A stretch of 64,000 nucleotides of DNA. Source: Alphaproteobacteria bacterium. GTDB taxonomy: Bacteria; Pseudomonadota; Alphaproteobacteria; CADEGL01. The notes under the pieces are model-generated. The model saw only the letters and a list, made by a program, of their open reading frames with translations, was not told the origin of the DNA and ran no database searches. How positions within the stretch are numbered: position 1 is the stretch's first letter; each line of letters opens with the position of its first letter. Positions 19,175 through 29,297 of this stretch are shown piece after piece. The stretch covers positions 95,300 to 159,299 of the forward strand of contig CAXXKO010000016.1 in the NCBI GenBank assembly GCA_963666705.2, in the 5' to 3' direction. The translations under genes were made by a program, and so were the position numbers.

Positions 19175-20046
19175 CGCGTCGGCGTGGGGGTGTCGCCGCT
19201 ATAGTCGTAGAAGCCCCGGCCCGCCTTGCGGCCGAGCCAGCCGGCCTCGACATACTTCACCAGCAGCGGGCACGGCCGGTACTTCGAATCGGCGAGCCCG
19301 TCATAGAGCACCTGCATGACCGCGAGGCAGGTGTCGAGGCCGATGAAGTCGGCCAGCTCGAGCGGCCCCATGGGATGGTTGGCGCCGAGCTTCATGGCCG
19401 TGTCGATGGAACTGACGTTGCCCACGCCCTCGTAAAGCACGTAGATGGCCTCGTTGATCATGGGCAGGAGGATGCGGTTGACCATGAAGGCCGGGAAATC
19501 CTCCGACACGGCGACGGTCTTGCCCAGCTTGCCCGTAAGTTCGCGCACCGTGTCGAATGCGACCGGGTCGGTCGCGAGCCCGCGGATGAGCTCGACCAGC
19601 TCCATCATCGGCACCGGGTTCATGAAGTGCATGCCGAGGAACTTCTCGGGCCGGTCGGTGGCCGAGCCCAGACGCGTGATGGAGATCGAGGAGGTGTTGG
19701 TGGCGAGCAGCGCCTCGGGCTTGAGCAACGGGCACAACTCCTTGAAGATGGTGCGCTTGACCTCCTCCTTCTCGATCGCCGACTCGATGATGAAATCGCA
19801 ATCCGCGACCGGGGCCAGGCCCGTGCCGGTGCCGATGCGGCCGAGGGCCGCCGCCATGTCGGCCTCGCTGATGCGGCCGCGCCCGGCCTGGCGCCGCAGG
19901 TTCCGCTCGATGACCTCGAGCGCCCGGTCGAGCGTCGCCTGATCGATATCGGCCAGCACCACGTCGAAGCCGGCGAGGGCGCAGACATGGGCGATGCCGT
20001 TGCCCATCTGGCCGGCGCCGATGATGCCGATCTTCCTGATTTCCAT
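19171..20046 (-). CDS. hbd: 3-hydroxybutyryl-CoA dehydrogenase
   Basis: [47 protein letters not shown]; downstream of etfA. Confidence 0.9.
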   Translation of the reverse strand: MEIRKIGIIGAGQMGNGIAHVCALAGFDVVLADIDQATLDRALEVIERNLRRQAGRGRISEADMAAALGRIGTGTGLAPVADCDFIIESAIEKEEVKRTIFKELCPLLKPEALLATNTSSISITRLGSATDRPEKFLGMHFMNPVPMMELVELIRGLATDPVAFDTVRELTGKLGKTVAVSEDFPAFMVNRILLPMINEAIYVLYEGVGNVSSIDTAMKLGANHPMGPLELADFIGLDTCLAVMQVLYDGLADSKYRPCPLLVKYVEAGWLGRKAGRGFYDYSGDTPTPTR

Positions 20047-20078
20047 GGGCTCCGCGTCCCCTTTCGAGTCCGGGCCGC

Positions 20079-21023
20079 TCAACCCGCCTTGTCCAGCTCG
20101 GCCGACAGCTCCGGCAGCGCGTTGAACAGGTCCGCGACCAGGCCGTAGTCGGCGACCTGGAAGATCGGCGCCTCCTCGTCCTTGTTGATGGCGACGATGA
20201 CCTTGCTGTCCTTCATGCCGGCCAGGTGCTGGATGGCGCCCGAGATGCCGACGGCGATATAGAGGTCGGGCGCCACGATCTTGCCGGTCTGGCCGACCTG
20301 GTAGTCGTTGGGTACGAAGCCCGCGTCGACGGCCGCCCGGGAAGCGCCGACGGCGGCGTTCAGCTTGTCCGCGATGTCCTCGAGCATGGGGAAGTTGTCT
20401 CCACTCTGCATGCCCCGGCCACCGGAGATGACGACCCGCGCGCTGGTGAGCTCGGGCCGGTCGCCGCCACTCTCGGAGAGCCCGCCGAAGGTGACGAGCC
20501 CGGAGTCCGTCGGGGTGCCGGCGACGGCCTCGATCGAGGCCGAGCCGCCCTCCGCGGCCGCGTCCTCGAAGCTCGTGCCGCGCACGGTGATGACTTTGAC
20601 CGCATCGCTCGACTGCACGGTCGCCAACGCGTTGCCGGCATAGATCGGGCGCACGAAGGTGTCCGCCGACTCGATGCCGGAGATATCGGAGATCTGGGCC
20701 ACGTCGAGGGCCACGGCGACCCGCGGCATGACGTTCTTGCCCAGGGTGGTGGCGGGGGCCAGCACGTGGGTGTAGCCGGTGGCGAGGCCGGCGATCACGG
20801 GCGCCAGGTTCTCGGCCACGTGGTGCTCGAGGGCCGGGTGGTCGGCGACCAGCACCCTGGCGGCGCCCACGACCTTGGCGGCGGCCTCGGCCACGGCGCC
20901 GCAATCGTGCCCGGCGACCAGGATGTCGACATCGCCGCCGATCATGGCGGCGGCCGTCATGGTGTTGAGGGTCGCGGGCTTGAGCTCGCGGTTGTCGTGC
21001 TCGGCGATGACCAGGATGCTCAT
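20079..21023 (-). CDS. etfA: Electron transfer flavoprotein alpha subunit
   Basis: [41 protein letters not shown]. Confidence 0.96.
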   Translation of the reverse strand: MSILVIAEHDNRELKPATLNTMTAAAMIGGDVDILVAGHDCGAVAEAAAKVVGAARVLVADHPALEHHVAENLAPVIAGLATGYTHVLAPATTLGKNVMPRVAVALDVAQISDISGIESADTFVRPIYAGNALATVQSSDAVKVITVRGTSFEDAAAEGGSASIEAVAGTPTDSGLVTFGGLSESGGDRPELTSARVVISGGRGMQSGDNFPMLEDIADKLNAAVGASRAAVDAGFVPNDYQVGQTGKIVAPDLYIAVGISGAIQHLAGMKDSKVIVAINKDEEAPIFQVADYGLVADLFNALPELSAELDKAG

Positions 21024-21024
21024 C

Positions 21025-21774
21025 TCAGATGACCTTTGCTTCGTTCCTGAGCTTCTCGACCAGCTCGGCCACCGATGCGACCTTGGTGCCGGCCTGGCGC
21101 TTGGACGGCTCGACCACGCTCAGAAGCGTGAGCCGCAGCGTCGGGTCCACGCCCAGATCCTCGGGCGAAAGGGTCTCGATCGGCTTCTTCTTCGCCTTCA
21201 TGATGTTGGGCAGCGAGGCGTAGCGTGGCTCGTTGAGGCGCAGATCGACGCTCAGGACCGCCGGCATGGTGAGGGTCAGGCTCTCGAGCCCGCCATCCAC
21301 CTCGCGCACCACTTTCGCCTTGCCGTCGGCGATCTCGAGCTTGGAGACGAAGGTGCCTTGCGCCCAGCCGAGGAGGGCGGACAGCATCTGCGGCGTCTGG
21401 TTGCAGTCGTCGTCGATCGCCTGCTTGCCGAGGAGGATCAGCTCCGGCCCCTCGCGCTCGACGATCTTCTGCAGGCACTTGGCCACCGCCAGCGGCTCGA
21501 GCGCCACGTCGGTCTCCACCAGGATGCCGCGGTCGGCGCCCATGGCGAGCGCGGTGCGGATGGTCTCCTGGCACTGGGTCACGCCGAGGGATACGGCGAT
21601 GATCTCCGCCACCGTGCCCGCCTCCTTGAGGCGTATGGCCTCCTCGACGGCGATCTCGTCGAAGGGGTTCATGGACATCTTGACGTTCTGCGTCTCGACG
21701 CCGGTGCCATCGGACTTGACGCGGATCTTGACGTTGTAATCGACCACCCGCTTGACCGGGACCAGGACCTTCAT
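21025..21774 (-). CDS. etfB: Electron transfer flavoprotein beta subunit
   Basis: [53 protein letters not shown]. Confidence 0.96.
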   Translation of the reverse strand: MKVLVPVKRVVDYNVKIRVKSDGTGVETQNVKMSMNPFDEIAVEEAIRLKEAGTVAEIIAVSLGVTQCQETIRTALAMGADRGILVETDVALEPLAVAKCLQKIVEREGPELILLGKQAIDDDCNQTPQMLSALLGWAQGTFVSKLEIADGKAKVVREVDGGLESLTLTMPAVLSVDLRLNEPRYASLPNIMKAKKKPIETLSPEDLGVDPTLRLTLLSVVEPSKRQAGTKVASVAELVEKLRNEAKVI

Positions 21775-21807
21775 GGCTGACCTTTCGCTTGCCCGCCGCG
21801 GTTACGC

Positions 21808-21819
21808 TGCACCGCACAA
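21808..21819. promoter_or_regulatory. Putative PhaR box upstream of etfB
   Basis: TGCACCGCACAA, same TGC-N3-GCA pattern as the sites at phaR, phaA and ccr/ecm. Confidence 0.45.
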
Positions 21820-21931
21820 GAAGACACCACGCGAGGCGGCGCCTCCTTCAAACGAGTTTTCGCGCGGCCCCGGCTTCGCGGGCGCAACCTAAGCCGGCCA
21901 TTTGGGCATGTCAATCAGCGCGGCGGACCCG

Positions 21932-22507
21932 TCAGCGGCTCGCGCCCGGGACCCAGAGAACGTCGCCGCCGGCGCCCAGGTTCACGTGCCGCGCGAGCAC
22001 GAAGAGGTGGTCGGACAGGCGGTTCGCATACTTGAGCGCGTCCGGGTTGACGGCCTCCGACGCGGCCAGCTCGGCGATCAGGCGCTCGGCCCGCCGGGTC
22101 GTGGTGCGCGCGAGGTGGAGATAGGCCGCGCCCGGCGAGCCGCCCGGCAGGATGAAGGATTCGAGCGGCGCCAGGGCCGCGTTGAGGCCGTCGATCTCGC
22201 GCTCCAGCCGCTCGACCTGGGACGGGGTGATCCTGAGGGGCGGGTATTTCGGGTCCGGGCGCTCGGGCGTGCAGAGGTCGGCCCCGAGGTCGAACAGGTC
22301 GTTCTGGATGCGGGCGAGCATGGCGTCGGCCATGTCGTCCCCTGGGCCGTCCAAGTGTAGCCGGGCGATGCCGATGACGGCGTTGGCCTCGTCCACCTCG
22401 CCATAGGCGGCGACGCGGAGGGCGTATTTCGCGACCCGCGCGCCGTCGCCGAGTGAGGTCTCGCCGGCGTCGCCGCCGCGCGTATAGATCTTGGTAAGCT
22501 TGACCAT
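21932..22507 (-). CDS. PduO-type cob(I)alamin adenosyltransferase
   Basis: KIYTRGGDAGETSL, AYGEVDEAN, QNDLFDLGADL, FILPGG, RRAER, YANRLSDHLF. Confidence 0.92.
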   Translation of the reverse strand: MVKLTKIYTRGGDAGETSLGDGARVAKYALRVAAYGEVDEANAVIGIARLHLDGPGDDMADAMLARIQNDLFDLGADLCTPERPDPKYPPLRITPSQVERLEREIDGLNAALAPLESFILPGGSPGAAYLHLARTTTRRAERLIAELAASEAVNPDALKYANRLSDHLFVLARHVNLGAGGDVLWVPGASR

Positions 22508-22514
22508 GGCGCCC

Positions 22515-24233
22515 TCAATTCCTCCGGCCCAGGAGGCCGCGGGCGATGACGTGGGCCTGGATCTCGGCCGTGCCCTCGAAGATGTTGAGGATGCGGGCAT
22601 CGCACAGCACGCGGCTCGCGGCGAACTCCTGGGCATAGCCGTTGCCGCCATGGATCTGCACGGCCTGGTCCGCGTTGGCCCAGGCGACCCGGGCGGCGAG
22701 CAGTTTCGCCATCCCCGCCTCGATATCGCAGCGCCGGCCCGAATCCTTCTCCCGCGCGGCGAAATGGGCGAGCTGGCGCGAGACCATGGTCTCGACCGCC
22801 ATCCAGGCGAGCTTGCCCGAGACCCGCGGGAAGGTGTAGATGGGCTTGCCGAACTGCACCCGCTCGGTGGCGTAGCCGAGGCCGATCTCGAGCGCGTTGC
22901 GCGCCACGCCGACGGCCCGGGCGGCCGTCTGGATGCGGGCCGATTCGAAGGTCGCCATGAGCTGCTTGAAGCCCTGGCCCTCGGCGCCGCCCAGGAGGTC
23001 GTCCGCCGGCACCGCGAAGCCGTCGAAGGCGAGCTCGAACTCCTTCATGCCGCGGTACCCGAGCACGCCGATCTCACCGCCCGTCATGCCGTCGGCGGGG
23101 AAGGGGTCCCCCTCGGTGCCGCGGGGCTTGGCCGCGAAGAACATGCTGAGGCCGTGATAGCCGGCCACGTCCGGGTCGGTGCGCGCGAGAAGGGTCATCA
23201 GGTCGGCGCGCGCGGCGTGGGTAATCCAGGTCTTGTTGCCCGTGACCCGGTAGACATCGCCGTCGCGAATGGCGCGGGTGCGCAGGTTGCCGAGGTCGGA
23301 GCCCGAATTGGGCTCGGTGAAGACCGCCGTCGGCAGGATCGCGCCGCTGACGATGCCGGGCAGCCAGCGTTCGCGCTGCTCGGGCGTGCCGAAAAGGACC
23401 AGGAGCTCGGCAGCGATCTCCGAGCGGGTGCCGAGCGAGCCGACGCCGATATAGGCCGCCGCCAGCTCTTCCGTCACCACGCACATGGCCGTCTTGCCCA
23501 TGCCGAGGCCGCCCAGCGCCTCCGGCACCGTGAGGCCGAAGACGCCGAGCTCGGCCATCTGCTCGATGATATCGAGCGGGATCAGCGCGTCGCGCAAGTG
23601 CCACCCGTGGGCATGGGGCGCCACCTGCTCGCGCCCGAAACGGCGGAACTGGTCGCGCACCAGGACGAGGGTCTCGTCCTCGAGCCCGTCGTCGCCGAAA
23701 TTGCCGTCGGCGATGAGCGCGGCAATGCGCGCCCGCGCGGCGTTCGTATTGCCACCGGCCACCAACGCCGCGACGGCCGAATCGTCGAGCCCGCGCGCGG
23801 CATCCCCCGAAAGGCCCATGTCGGCGGGGCGCACGATCTCCACCTGGCTCAGCGGAATGCCGCCCCGCATCTGGCCGAGATATTCGCCGAAAGCCGCCTG
23901 GAGCATGAGCGCCTCGAGCTCGCCCAGGCGCCCGGCCGCCTCCAGCCGCCGGGCCCAGCCCAGCATCTCGCGCAGGGCGGTGGCGTAGGTGGCGGCCCAG
24001 GCGTAGCCGTGAGCGGCGAACTGGTGCTCTTCGAGAAGGGCGGGATCGGCCCCCTTCTCCCCCGCCACCAGCGCCGCCACGGCGGCGCGCGCATCGGCCA
24101 CGAACCGCTCGGCCGCGAGAAGCGCCCGGCCGCAGGTCGGGATCAAATCGGGGACCAGCCCGCCCACGGGCTCGTCGAAGGCTTTCTCGAGGGTCTGGTT
24201 CATTGGCACTCGACTGGGATCGTCCGTTGCCAT
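22515..24233 (-). CDS. mcd: (2S)-methylsuccinyl-CoA dehydrogenase (acyl-CoA dehydrogenase)
   Basis: N-terminal extension with HQFAAHGYAW, SLGTRSEIAAEL, VLGYRGMKE, FESARIQTAARAVG; linked to ccr/ecm; alternative start at 24203. Confidence 0.85.
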   Translation of the reverse strand: MATDDPSRVPMNQTLEKAFDEPVGGLVPDLIPTCGRALLAAERFVADARAAVAALVAGEKGADPALLEEHQFAAHGYAWAATYATALREMLGWARRLEAAGRLGELEALMLQAAFGEYLGQMRGGIPLSQVEIVRPADMGLSGDAARGLDDSAVAALVAGGNTNAARARIAALIADGNFGDDGLEDETLVLVRDQFRRFGREQVAPHAHGWHLRDALIPLDIIEQMAELGVFGLTVPEALGGLGMGKTAMCVVTEELAAAYIGVGSLGTRSEIAAELLVLFGTPEQRERWLPGIVSGAILPTAVFTEPNSGSDLGNLRTRAIRDGDVYRVTGNKTWITHAARADLMTLLARTDPDVAGYHGLSMFFAAKPRGTEGDPFPADGMTGGEIGVLGYRGMKEFELAFDGFAVPADDLLGGAEGQGFKQLMATFESARIQTAARAVGVARNALEIGLGYATERVQFGKPIYTFPRVSGKLAWMAVETMVSRQLAHFAAREKDSGRRCDIEAGMAKLLAARVAWANADQAVQIHGGNGYAQEFAASRVLCDARILNIFEGTAEIQAHVIARGLLGRRN

Positions 24234-25738
24234 CAGGCAGCCTCGCCGAGGAAGCCGGCGAAGTCCTCAAGACCGACGCAACGGTAGCCCATCCGTTCGA
24301 GGCGGTTGCGTTGATCGGCGGTGAAGGCCGGACTATACAACGCCTTTTCCACTTCCCAGTTGGAAAACCGCCGGCCTTCCTTGGTCGCGAGGAACCTCGC
24401 GATGTGGCCATCGAAAGCTTCGAGGGAGGCGGGATTGTGGGCAACGGGATTGCGCTTGCAGGAGCCGAACCGGGCCACGGCCGCGTCGTCGTTGCTGGCC
24501 ACCATGTCGATTTCTATATCGGAGCCATCCGCCTTGTTCCAGTACCCGCGCACCATATCGGTCAACGGGAAATCGCCGACCCCTTTTCGTGAGCATTCCG
24601 CCATGAGAAGGCGCACCATTTTCTCGAACGCGAAGCCCTCCCGGACCTTCAAAGCCGCATCTGCGCGCGCGACGGCCCGCGGAATCGGCTGTACCCGCGC
24701 GATCTGTACGTTGCGGGCAAGCGCGCTCAACCAGGCCGCCAGGAAGTTGTCGGTAATGGCGTACCGCCCCTTCCGCGACCGCCGGCCGGCGAAAACCGGC
24801 TGGCGCCTCTCGACCATTTGGTATCGCTCGATCAGCGTCTGCAGGTAGGCGCTCAACTGCCTGTCGTCATCTGACCCGGCCCGGGCGTATTCCGAGACGA
24901 GCTCGCCATAAGAGCTCGCACCCTTGTACGCGAGCAGCTTCAGCACGCTGTCGTACCGGCCGCGCAACTCGCGCAGGAACCAATACGCGGCTTCGTCGCG
25001 CATGGGGCTCGATCCCTCGAAAAATAGTCGCCGGATTGTATCGGCCCGATAGTCGGCATTGGGCCCGAGGACTCCCTGCTCGAAGCAATCGCGGTAGAAT
25101 TTGGGCACGCCCTCGAACAGCGACCACAGGAACAGACGCTGCCCCGGGTCGGTGATCCCGTGGGCGGTGAACATTTCGAACAATGTGGCGAAATCCCAGT
25201 GGCCCACCTCGATGCGATGGGTCACCCGATTGAAGAGCGGTGAGCCGCGGTCCTCGAGGATCGCCGTCATCTCGGTATTGATCGAGCCGAGCACGAACAG
25301 CCCGCCCTTTCGCGTATCGCGCAGCCTGTCGACGCCGGCCTGCAGGTAGGATGTGAAGGGCGAGAGCTGCTTGCGGTGGAAGTACTGGAATTCGTCGATG
25401 ACGACGATGGTGCGGTTCTCGCACAGCACCGCGATGACGTCCGCCATATCGGCGAAGGTTCGCGCCGGGCGGGGGCCCGATTCGGCGCCCGTGTCCTCCA
25501 GCGCGTCCTCGAACGCCTGGACGACACCGCGTTCGTCGCTGTCCGGAACCTGAAAATAAATCGACCGTGTTTTCGGCCGGTCGAGAAGCGCGCGCCGGAT
25601 GAGCGTGGTCTTGCCGATGCGCCGGCGGCCGGAGATCGCGCAAAAGAACCATCGCCCGGAGGAGACGATGCCGTCGATTTCCGCCTGCTCCGTCGCCCGG
25701 CCGTAAAAATCCCAGGTGCAAGGTGGCTGTGGGGTCAT
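24233..25738 (-). CDS. Archaeal-type AAA+ ATPase (ATPase_2/DUF234-like) with wHTH and C-terminal PD-(D/E)XK-like domain
   Basis: FYGR..E, Walker A SGRRRIGKTT, Walker B IVVIDEFQ, EGVPKFY, DNFLAAW, EIDMVA...FGSCK. Confidence 0.8.
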   Translation of the reverse strand: MTPQPPCTWDFYGRATEQAEIDGIVSSGRWFFCAISGRRRIGKTTLIRRALLDRPKTRSIYFQVPDSDERGVVQAFEDALEDTGAESGPRPARTFADMADVIAVLCENRTIVVIDEFQYFHRKQLSPFTSYLQAGVDRLRDTRKGGLFVLGSINTEMTAILEDRGSPLFNRVTHRIEVGHWDFATLFEMFTAHGITDPGQRLFLWSLFEGVPKFYRDCFEQGVLGPNADYRADTIRRLFFEGSSPMRDEAAYWFLRELRGRYDSVLKLLAYKGASSYGELVSEYARAGSDDDRQLSAYLQTLIERYQMVERRQPVFAGRRSRKGRYAITDNFLAAWLSALARNVQIARVQPIPRAVARADAALKVREGFAFEKMVRLLMAECSRKGVGDFPLTDMVRGYWNKADGSDIEIDMVASNDDAAVARFGSCKRNPVAHNPASLEAFDGHIARFLATKEGRRFSNWEVEKALYSPAFTADQRNRLERMGYRCVGLEDFAGFLGEAA

Positions 25739-25741
25739 TCC

Positions 25742-25767
25742 ATTAACATAATAAAAATTATGTTAAT
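25742..25767. promoter_or_regulatory. Perfect AT-rich inverted repeat, probable operator of the ATPase gene
   Basis: ATTAACATAAT-AAAA-ATTATGTTAAT, 3 nt upstream of the ATPase ATG. Confidence 0.55.
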
Positions 25768-25824
25768 TTCAATCCCATTGTAACCCTTTGACTCAACTTG
25801 TATAAGTACGAACTCAAGCGTGCC

Positions 25825-27105
25825 CTATGCTCCCACGGCCTCCTCGAGGCTGCGCATGCCGGGGCGGGACGCCTGGACGAGGACGGCCATGTTGCCGGGC
25901 TTGTGCGCGTTGCGCAGCATCTTGGTGTGCGCCTTGGGGATCTCCTCCCAGGGGAAGACCTCCGACATGCAGGGGTCGATGCGGCGCGAGACCATCAGCT
26001 TGTTGGCCTGGCTGGCCTGCTTCAGGTTGGCGAAATGGCTGCCCTGGATGCGCTTCTGGCGCATCCAGATGAAGCGCGCGTCCATGGTCAGGTTGAAGCC
26101 CGTGGTGCCGGCGCAGAACACCACCATGCCGCCGCGCTTGACCACGAAGCAGGAGACCGGGAAGGTCGCCTCGCCCGGATGCTCGAAGACGAAATCCACA
26201 TCGACGCCCTTGCCGGTCGTGTTCCAGATGGCGCGGCCGAACTTGCGCACTTCCTTCAGGTAGGCGCCGTAGGCCTCGTTGTCGTCGAGGTCGGGCAACT
26301 GGCCCCAGCAGTCGAACTCGGTGCGGTCGATGACCTCGCGGGCACCCATGGACATGACGAAATCGCGCTTGGACGGGTCCGAGATGACGCCGATGGCGTT
26401 CGCCCCGGCGGCGGCGCAGAGTTGCACGGCCATGAAGCCGAGCCCGCCCGAGGCGCCCCACACCAGGACGTTGTGGCCGGGGCGCAGGATGTGCGGGCGG
26501 TGGCCGAACAGCATGCGCCAGGCCGTGGCCAGGGTGAGGACGTAGCAGCCGCTCTCTTCCCAGCTCAGGTGCCGCGGCCGGGGCATGAGCTCCTGGGACT
26601 GCACGCGCGTGAACTGGGCGAAGGAGCCGTCCGGCGTCTCGTAGCCCCAGATGCGCTGGGAGGGCGAGAACATGGGGTCGCCGCCGTTGCACTCCTCGTC
26701 GTCGCCATCGTCCTGGTGGCAATGGACGACGACCTCGTCGCCGACGTTCCAGCGCCGCACCTTGCTGCCGATGGCCCAGACCACCCCCGCGGCGTCCGAG
26801 CCGGCGACGTGGAAGTCCGCGCCATGGACGTCGAAGACCGAGATCGGCTTGCCGAGCGCGGCCCAGACGCCGTTGTAGTTGACGCCCGCGGCCATGACGA
26901 GGACCAGAACCTCGTGGGAATCGATCTCCGGCACGGGCACGACCTCGTCGACCATGGCCGCCTCCGGCTCGCCTTGACGGTCGCGCCGGATGGCCCAGGC
27001 GCGCATCAGCTTGGGCACGTGCCCGAGCGGCGGAATCTCGCCGATTTCGTAAATGTCCTTGTGCGCTCCTGGAATTTCGAGCGCGACGGCCTGGGCTTCA
27101 GCCAT
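25825..27105 (-). CDS. ccr: Crotonyl-CoA carboxylase/reductase
   Basis: KDIYEIGEIPPLGHVP, MAAGVNYNGVWA, QRIWGYETPDGSFAQF, WGASGGLG, WMRQKRIQGSHFAN. Confidence 0.95.
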   Translation of the reverse strand: MAEAQAVALEIPGAHKDIYEIGEIPPLGHVPKLMRAWAIRRDRQGEPEAAMVDEVVPVPEIDSHEVLVLVMAAGVNYNGVWAALGKPISVFDVHGADFHVAGSDAAGVVWAIGSKVRRWNVGDEVVVHCHQDDGDDEECNGGDPMFSPSQRIWGYETPDGSFAQFTRVQSQELMPRPRHLSWEESGCYVLTLATAWRMLFGHRPHILRPGHNVLVWGASGGLGFMAVQLCAAAGANAIGVISDPSKRDFVMSMGAREVIDRTEFDCWGQLPDLDDNEAYGAYLKEVRKFGRAIWNTTGKGVDVDFVFEHPGEATFPVSCFVVKRGGMVVFCAGTTGFNLTMDARFIWMRQKRIQGSHFANLKQASQANKLMVSRRIDPCMSEVFPWEEIPKAHTKMLRNAHKPGNMAVLVQASRPGMRSLEEAVGA

Positions 27106-27192
27106 GCCTGGTCTCCCTTCTCCCGCGCCGTCCCCGCGACCGACGCGCGGGGCGGAGCCGCGTGTGGACTCTTACGTGGGCCACCGTTATTT

Positions 27193-27204
27193 TGCAATGC
27201 ACAA
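27193..27204. promoter_or_regulatory. Putative PhaR box between divergent ccr and ecm
   Basis: TTTTGCAATGCACAAAA. Confidence 0.55.
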
Positions 27205-27251
27205 AACTGCCCGCCAGGGCATGGCCCGGGCATCGAGCGAGGACGTCCCGC

Positions 27252-29252
27252 ATGTCCGAGAGAGAGACCGGGAACCGGGCCGGCCGGGACCAGCCGTGGC
27301 TGATCCGGACCTATTCCGGGCATTCGAGCGCGGCGGCCTCGAACGCGCTCTATCACACCAACCTCGCGCGCGGCCAGACCGGCCTCTCGGTCGCCTTCGA
27401 CCTGCCGACCCAGATGGGCTACGATTCGGACCACCCCATGGCTCGCGGCGAGGTCGGCAAGGTGGGCGTGCCAGTGGCCCATCTGGGCGACATGGAGGCG
27501 CTGTTCGGCGGCATTCCCCTCGGGCGCATGAACACCGCCATGACCATCAACGCGACGGCGCCCTGGCTGCTGGCGCTCTACGTCGCCGTGGCGGAGCGCC
27601 GCGGCATCGCGCGCGCGGCGCTCTCGGGCACGGTGCAGAACGACACCCTCAAGGAATACCTCGCGCGCGGGACCTACGTTTTCCCGCCGGCGGCGAGCCA
27701 GCACCTGACCGCGGACCTGATCGCCTTCACCTGCCGCGAGATCCCGCGCTGGAACCCCATCAACATCTGCTCCTACCACCTGCGCGAGGCCGGGGCCACG
27801 CCCGAGCAGGAGGTCGCCTTCGCCCTCGCCAACGCCTGCGCGGTGCTCGACGCGGTGCGGGCCTCGGGCCAGGTGGCGGACGCGGAATTCCCGCGCGTCG
27901 TCGGGCGCATCAGCTTCTTCGTCAATGCCGGCATCCGGTTCGTGGCGGAGATGTGCAAGATGCGCGCCTTCACCGAGCTGTGGGACGAGATCTGCCGCGA
28001 GCGCTACGGCATCGAGGAGGCGAAATACCGCCGCTTTCGCTATGGCGTCCAGGTCAACTCCCTCGACCTCACCGAACAGCAGCCCGAGAACAACGTCTAC
28101 CGCATCCTTCTCGAAATGCTGGCCGTCGTGCTGTCCAAGGACGCCCGCGCGCGCGCGGTGCAGCTCCCGGCCTGGAACGAGGCCCTGGGCCTGCCCCGGC
28201 CCTGGGACCAGCAATGGAGCCTGCGCCTCCAGCAGGTGGTGGCGTTCGAGACCGACCTCCTGGAGCACGAGGACCTCTTCGCCGGCAACCCGGTGGTGGA
28301 GGAGAAAGTCGAGCGCCTCAAGGCCTTGGCCTGCGTCGAGCTGGCGGAGATCGACCGCCTGGGGGGCGCCGTCGCGGCCATCGAGGCTGGCCATACCAAG
28401 CGCCGCCTGGTCGAGTCCCAGGCCGCCCGCCTGACCGACATCGAGGAAGGGCGGCGCACGGTGGTCGGTGTGAACGCCTTCACCGACAGCGCGCCCTCTC
28501 CCCTCGCCGCGGGCGCGGACGGGGGTTTCCTGGCCGCCGTGGAGGGCGCCGAGGACGATCAGCTCGCCGGCCTGCGCGCCTGGCGCGAGGGCCGGGACGA
28601 GGCCGGCGCCCAGGCGGCGCTCGACGCCCTCGCCGGCGCGGCGCGGCGTGGCGGCGAGGGTGTGATGGAGGCGTCCATCGCCTGCGCCCATGCCGGCGTC
28701 ACCACGGGCGAATGGGCGGACGCCCTGCGCCAGGTGTTCGGCGAGTACCGGCCGCCCACGGGCCTCGACGGCGTCACCGTCGCACCGCCCGAGAGCGCGG
28801 GCGCCCTGCGCCTTCGGGTCGAGGAGGTCTCGGCCCGGCTCGGCCACAGGCTCAGGATCCTCGTCGGCAAGCCCGGCCTCGACGGCCATTCGAACGGCGC
28901 CGAGCAGATCGCGCTGCGGGCGCGGGAGGCCGGCATCGAGGTGCTCTACGACGGCATCCGCCAGAGCCCGGCCCAGATCGCCCGGCGCGCGGTCGAGGGC
29001 GAGGTCGACCTGGTCGGGCTCTCGATCCTCTCGGGCTCGCACATGGCGCTCGCGCGGGACGTGATCGGGCGCCTGGCCCAGGCCGGCCGGCCGATACCGG
29101 TGGTGGTGGGCGGTATCGTGCCCGCGGCCGATCGCGCGGCCCTCGAAGAGGCCGGCGTCGCCCGCATCTATTCGCCCAAGGACTACGAGCTCAGCCACAT
29201 CATCGGCGAGCTCGTCACCCTCGTCGCCCGCGACAACCTCGGCCCGGCCTGA
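27252..29252 (+). CDS. ecm: Ethylmalonyl-CoA mutase (MeaA), B12-dependent
   Basis: PWLIRTYSGHSS, GLSVAFDLPTQ, LPAWNEALGLPRPWDQQWSLR, B12 motif GLDGHSNGA; divergent from ccr. Confidence 0.93.
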   Translation: MSERETGNRAGRDQPWLIRTYSGHSSAAASNALYHTNLARGQTGLSVAFDLPTQMGYDSDHPMARGEVGKVGVPVAHLGDMEALFGGIPLGRMNTAMTINATAPWLLALYVAVAERRGIARAALSGTVQNDTLKEYLARGTYVFPPAASQHLTADLIAFTCREIPRWNPINICSYHLREAGATPEQEVAFALANACAVLDAVRASGQVADAEFPRVVGRISFFVNAGIRFVAEMCKMRAFTELWDEICRERYGIEEAKYRRFRYGVQVNSLDLTEQQPENNVYRILLEMLAVVLSKDARARAVQLPAWNEALGLPRPWDQQWSLRLQQVVAFETDLLEHEDLFAGNPVVEEKVERLKALACVELAEIDRLGGAVAAIEAGHTKRRLVESQAARLTDIEEGRRTVVGVNAFTDSAPSPLAAGADGGFLAAVEGAEDDQLAGLRAWREGRDEAGAQAALDALAGAARRGGEGVMEASIACAHAGVTTGEWADALRQVFGEYRPPTGLDGVTVAPPESAGALRLRVEEVSARLGHRLRILVGKPGLDGHSNGAEQIALRAREAGIEVLYDGIRQSPAQIARRAVEGEVDLVGLSILSGSHMALARDVIGRLAQAGRPIPVVVGGIVPAADRAALEEAGVARIYSPKDYELSHIIGELVTLVARDNLGPA

Positions 29253-29297
29253 GGCGCGGGCGCGGGGCTGGGACGGACGGGCGAATCGGGGCCGGAT

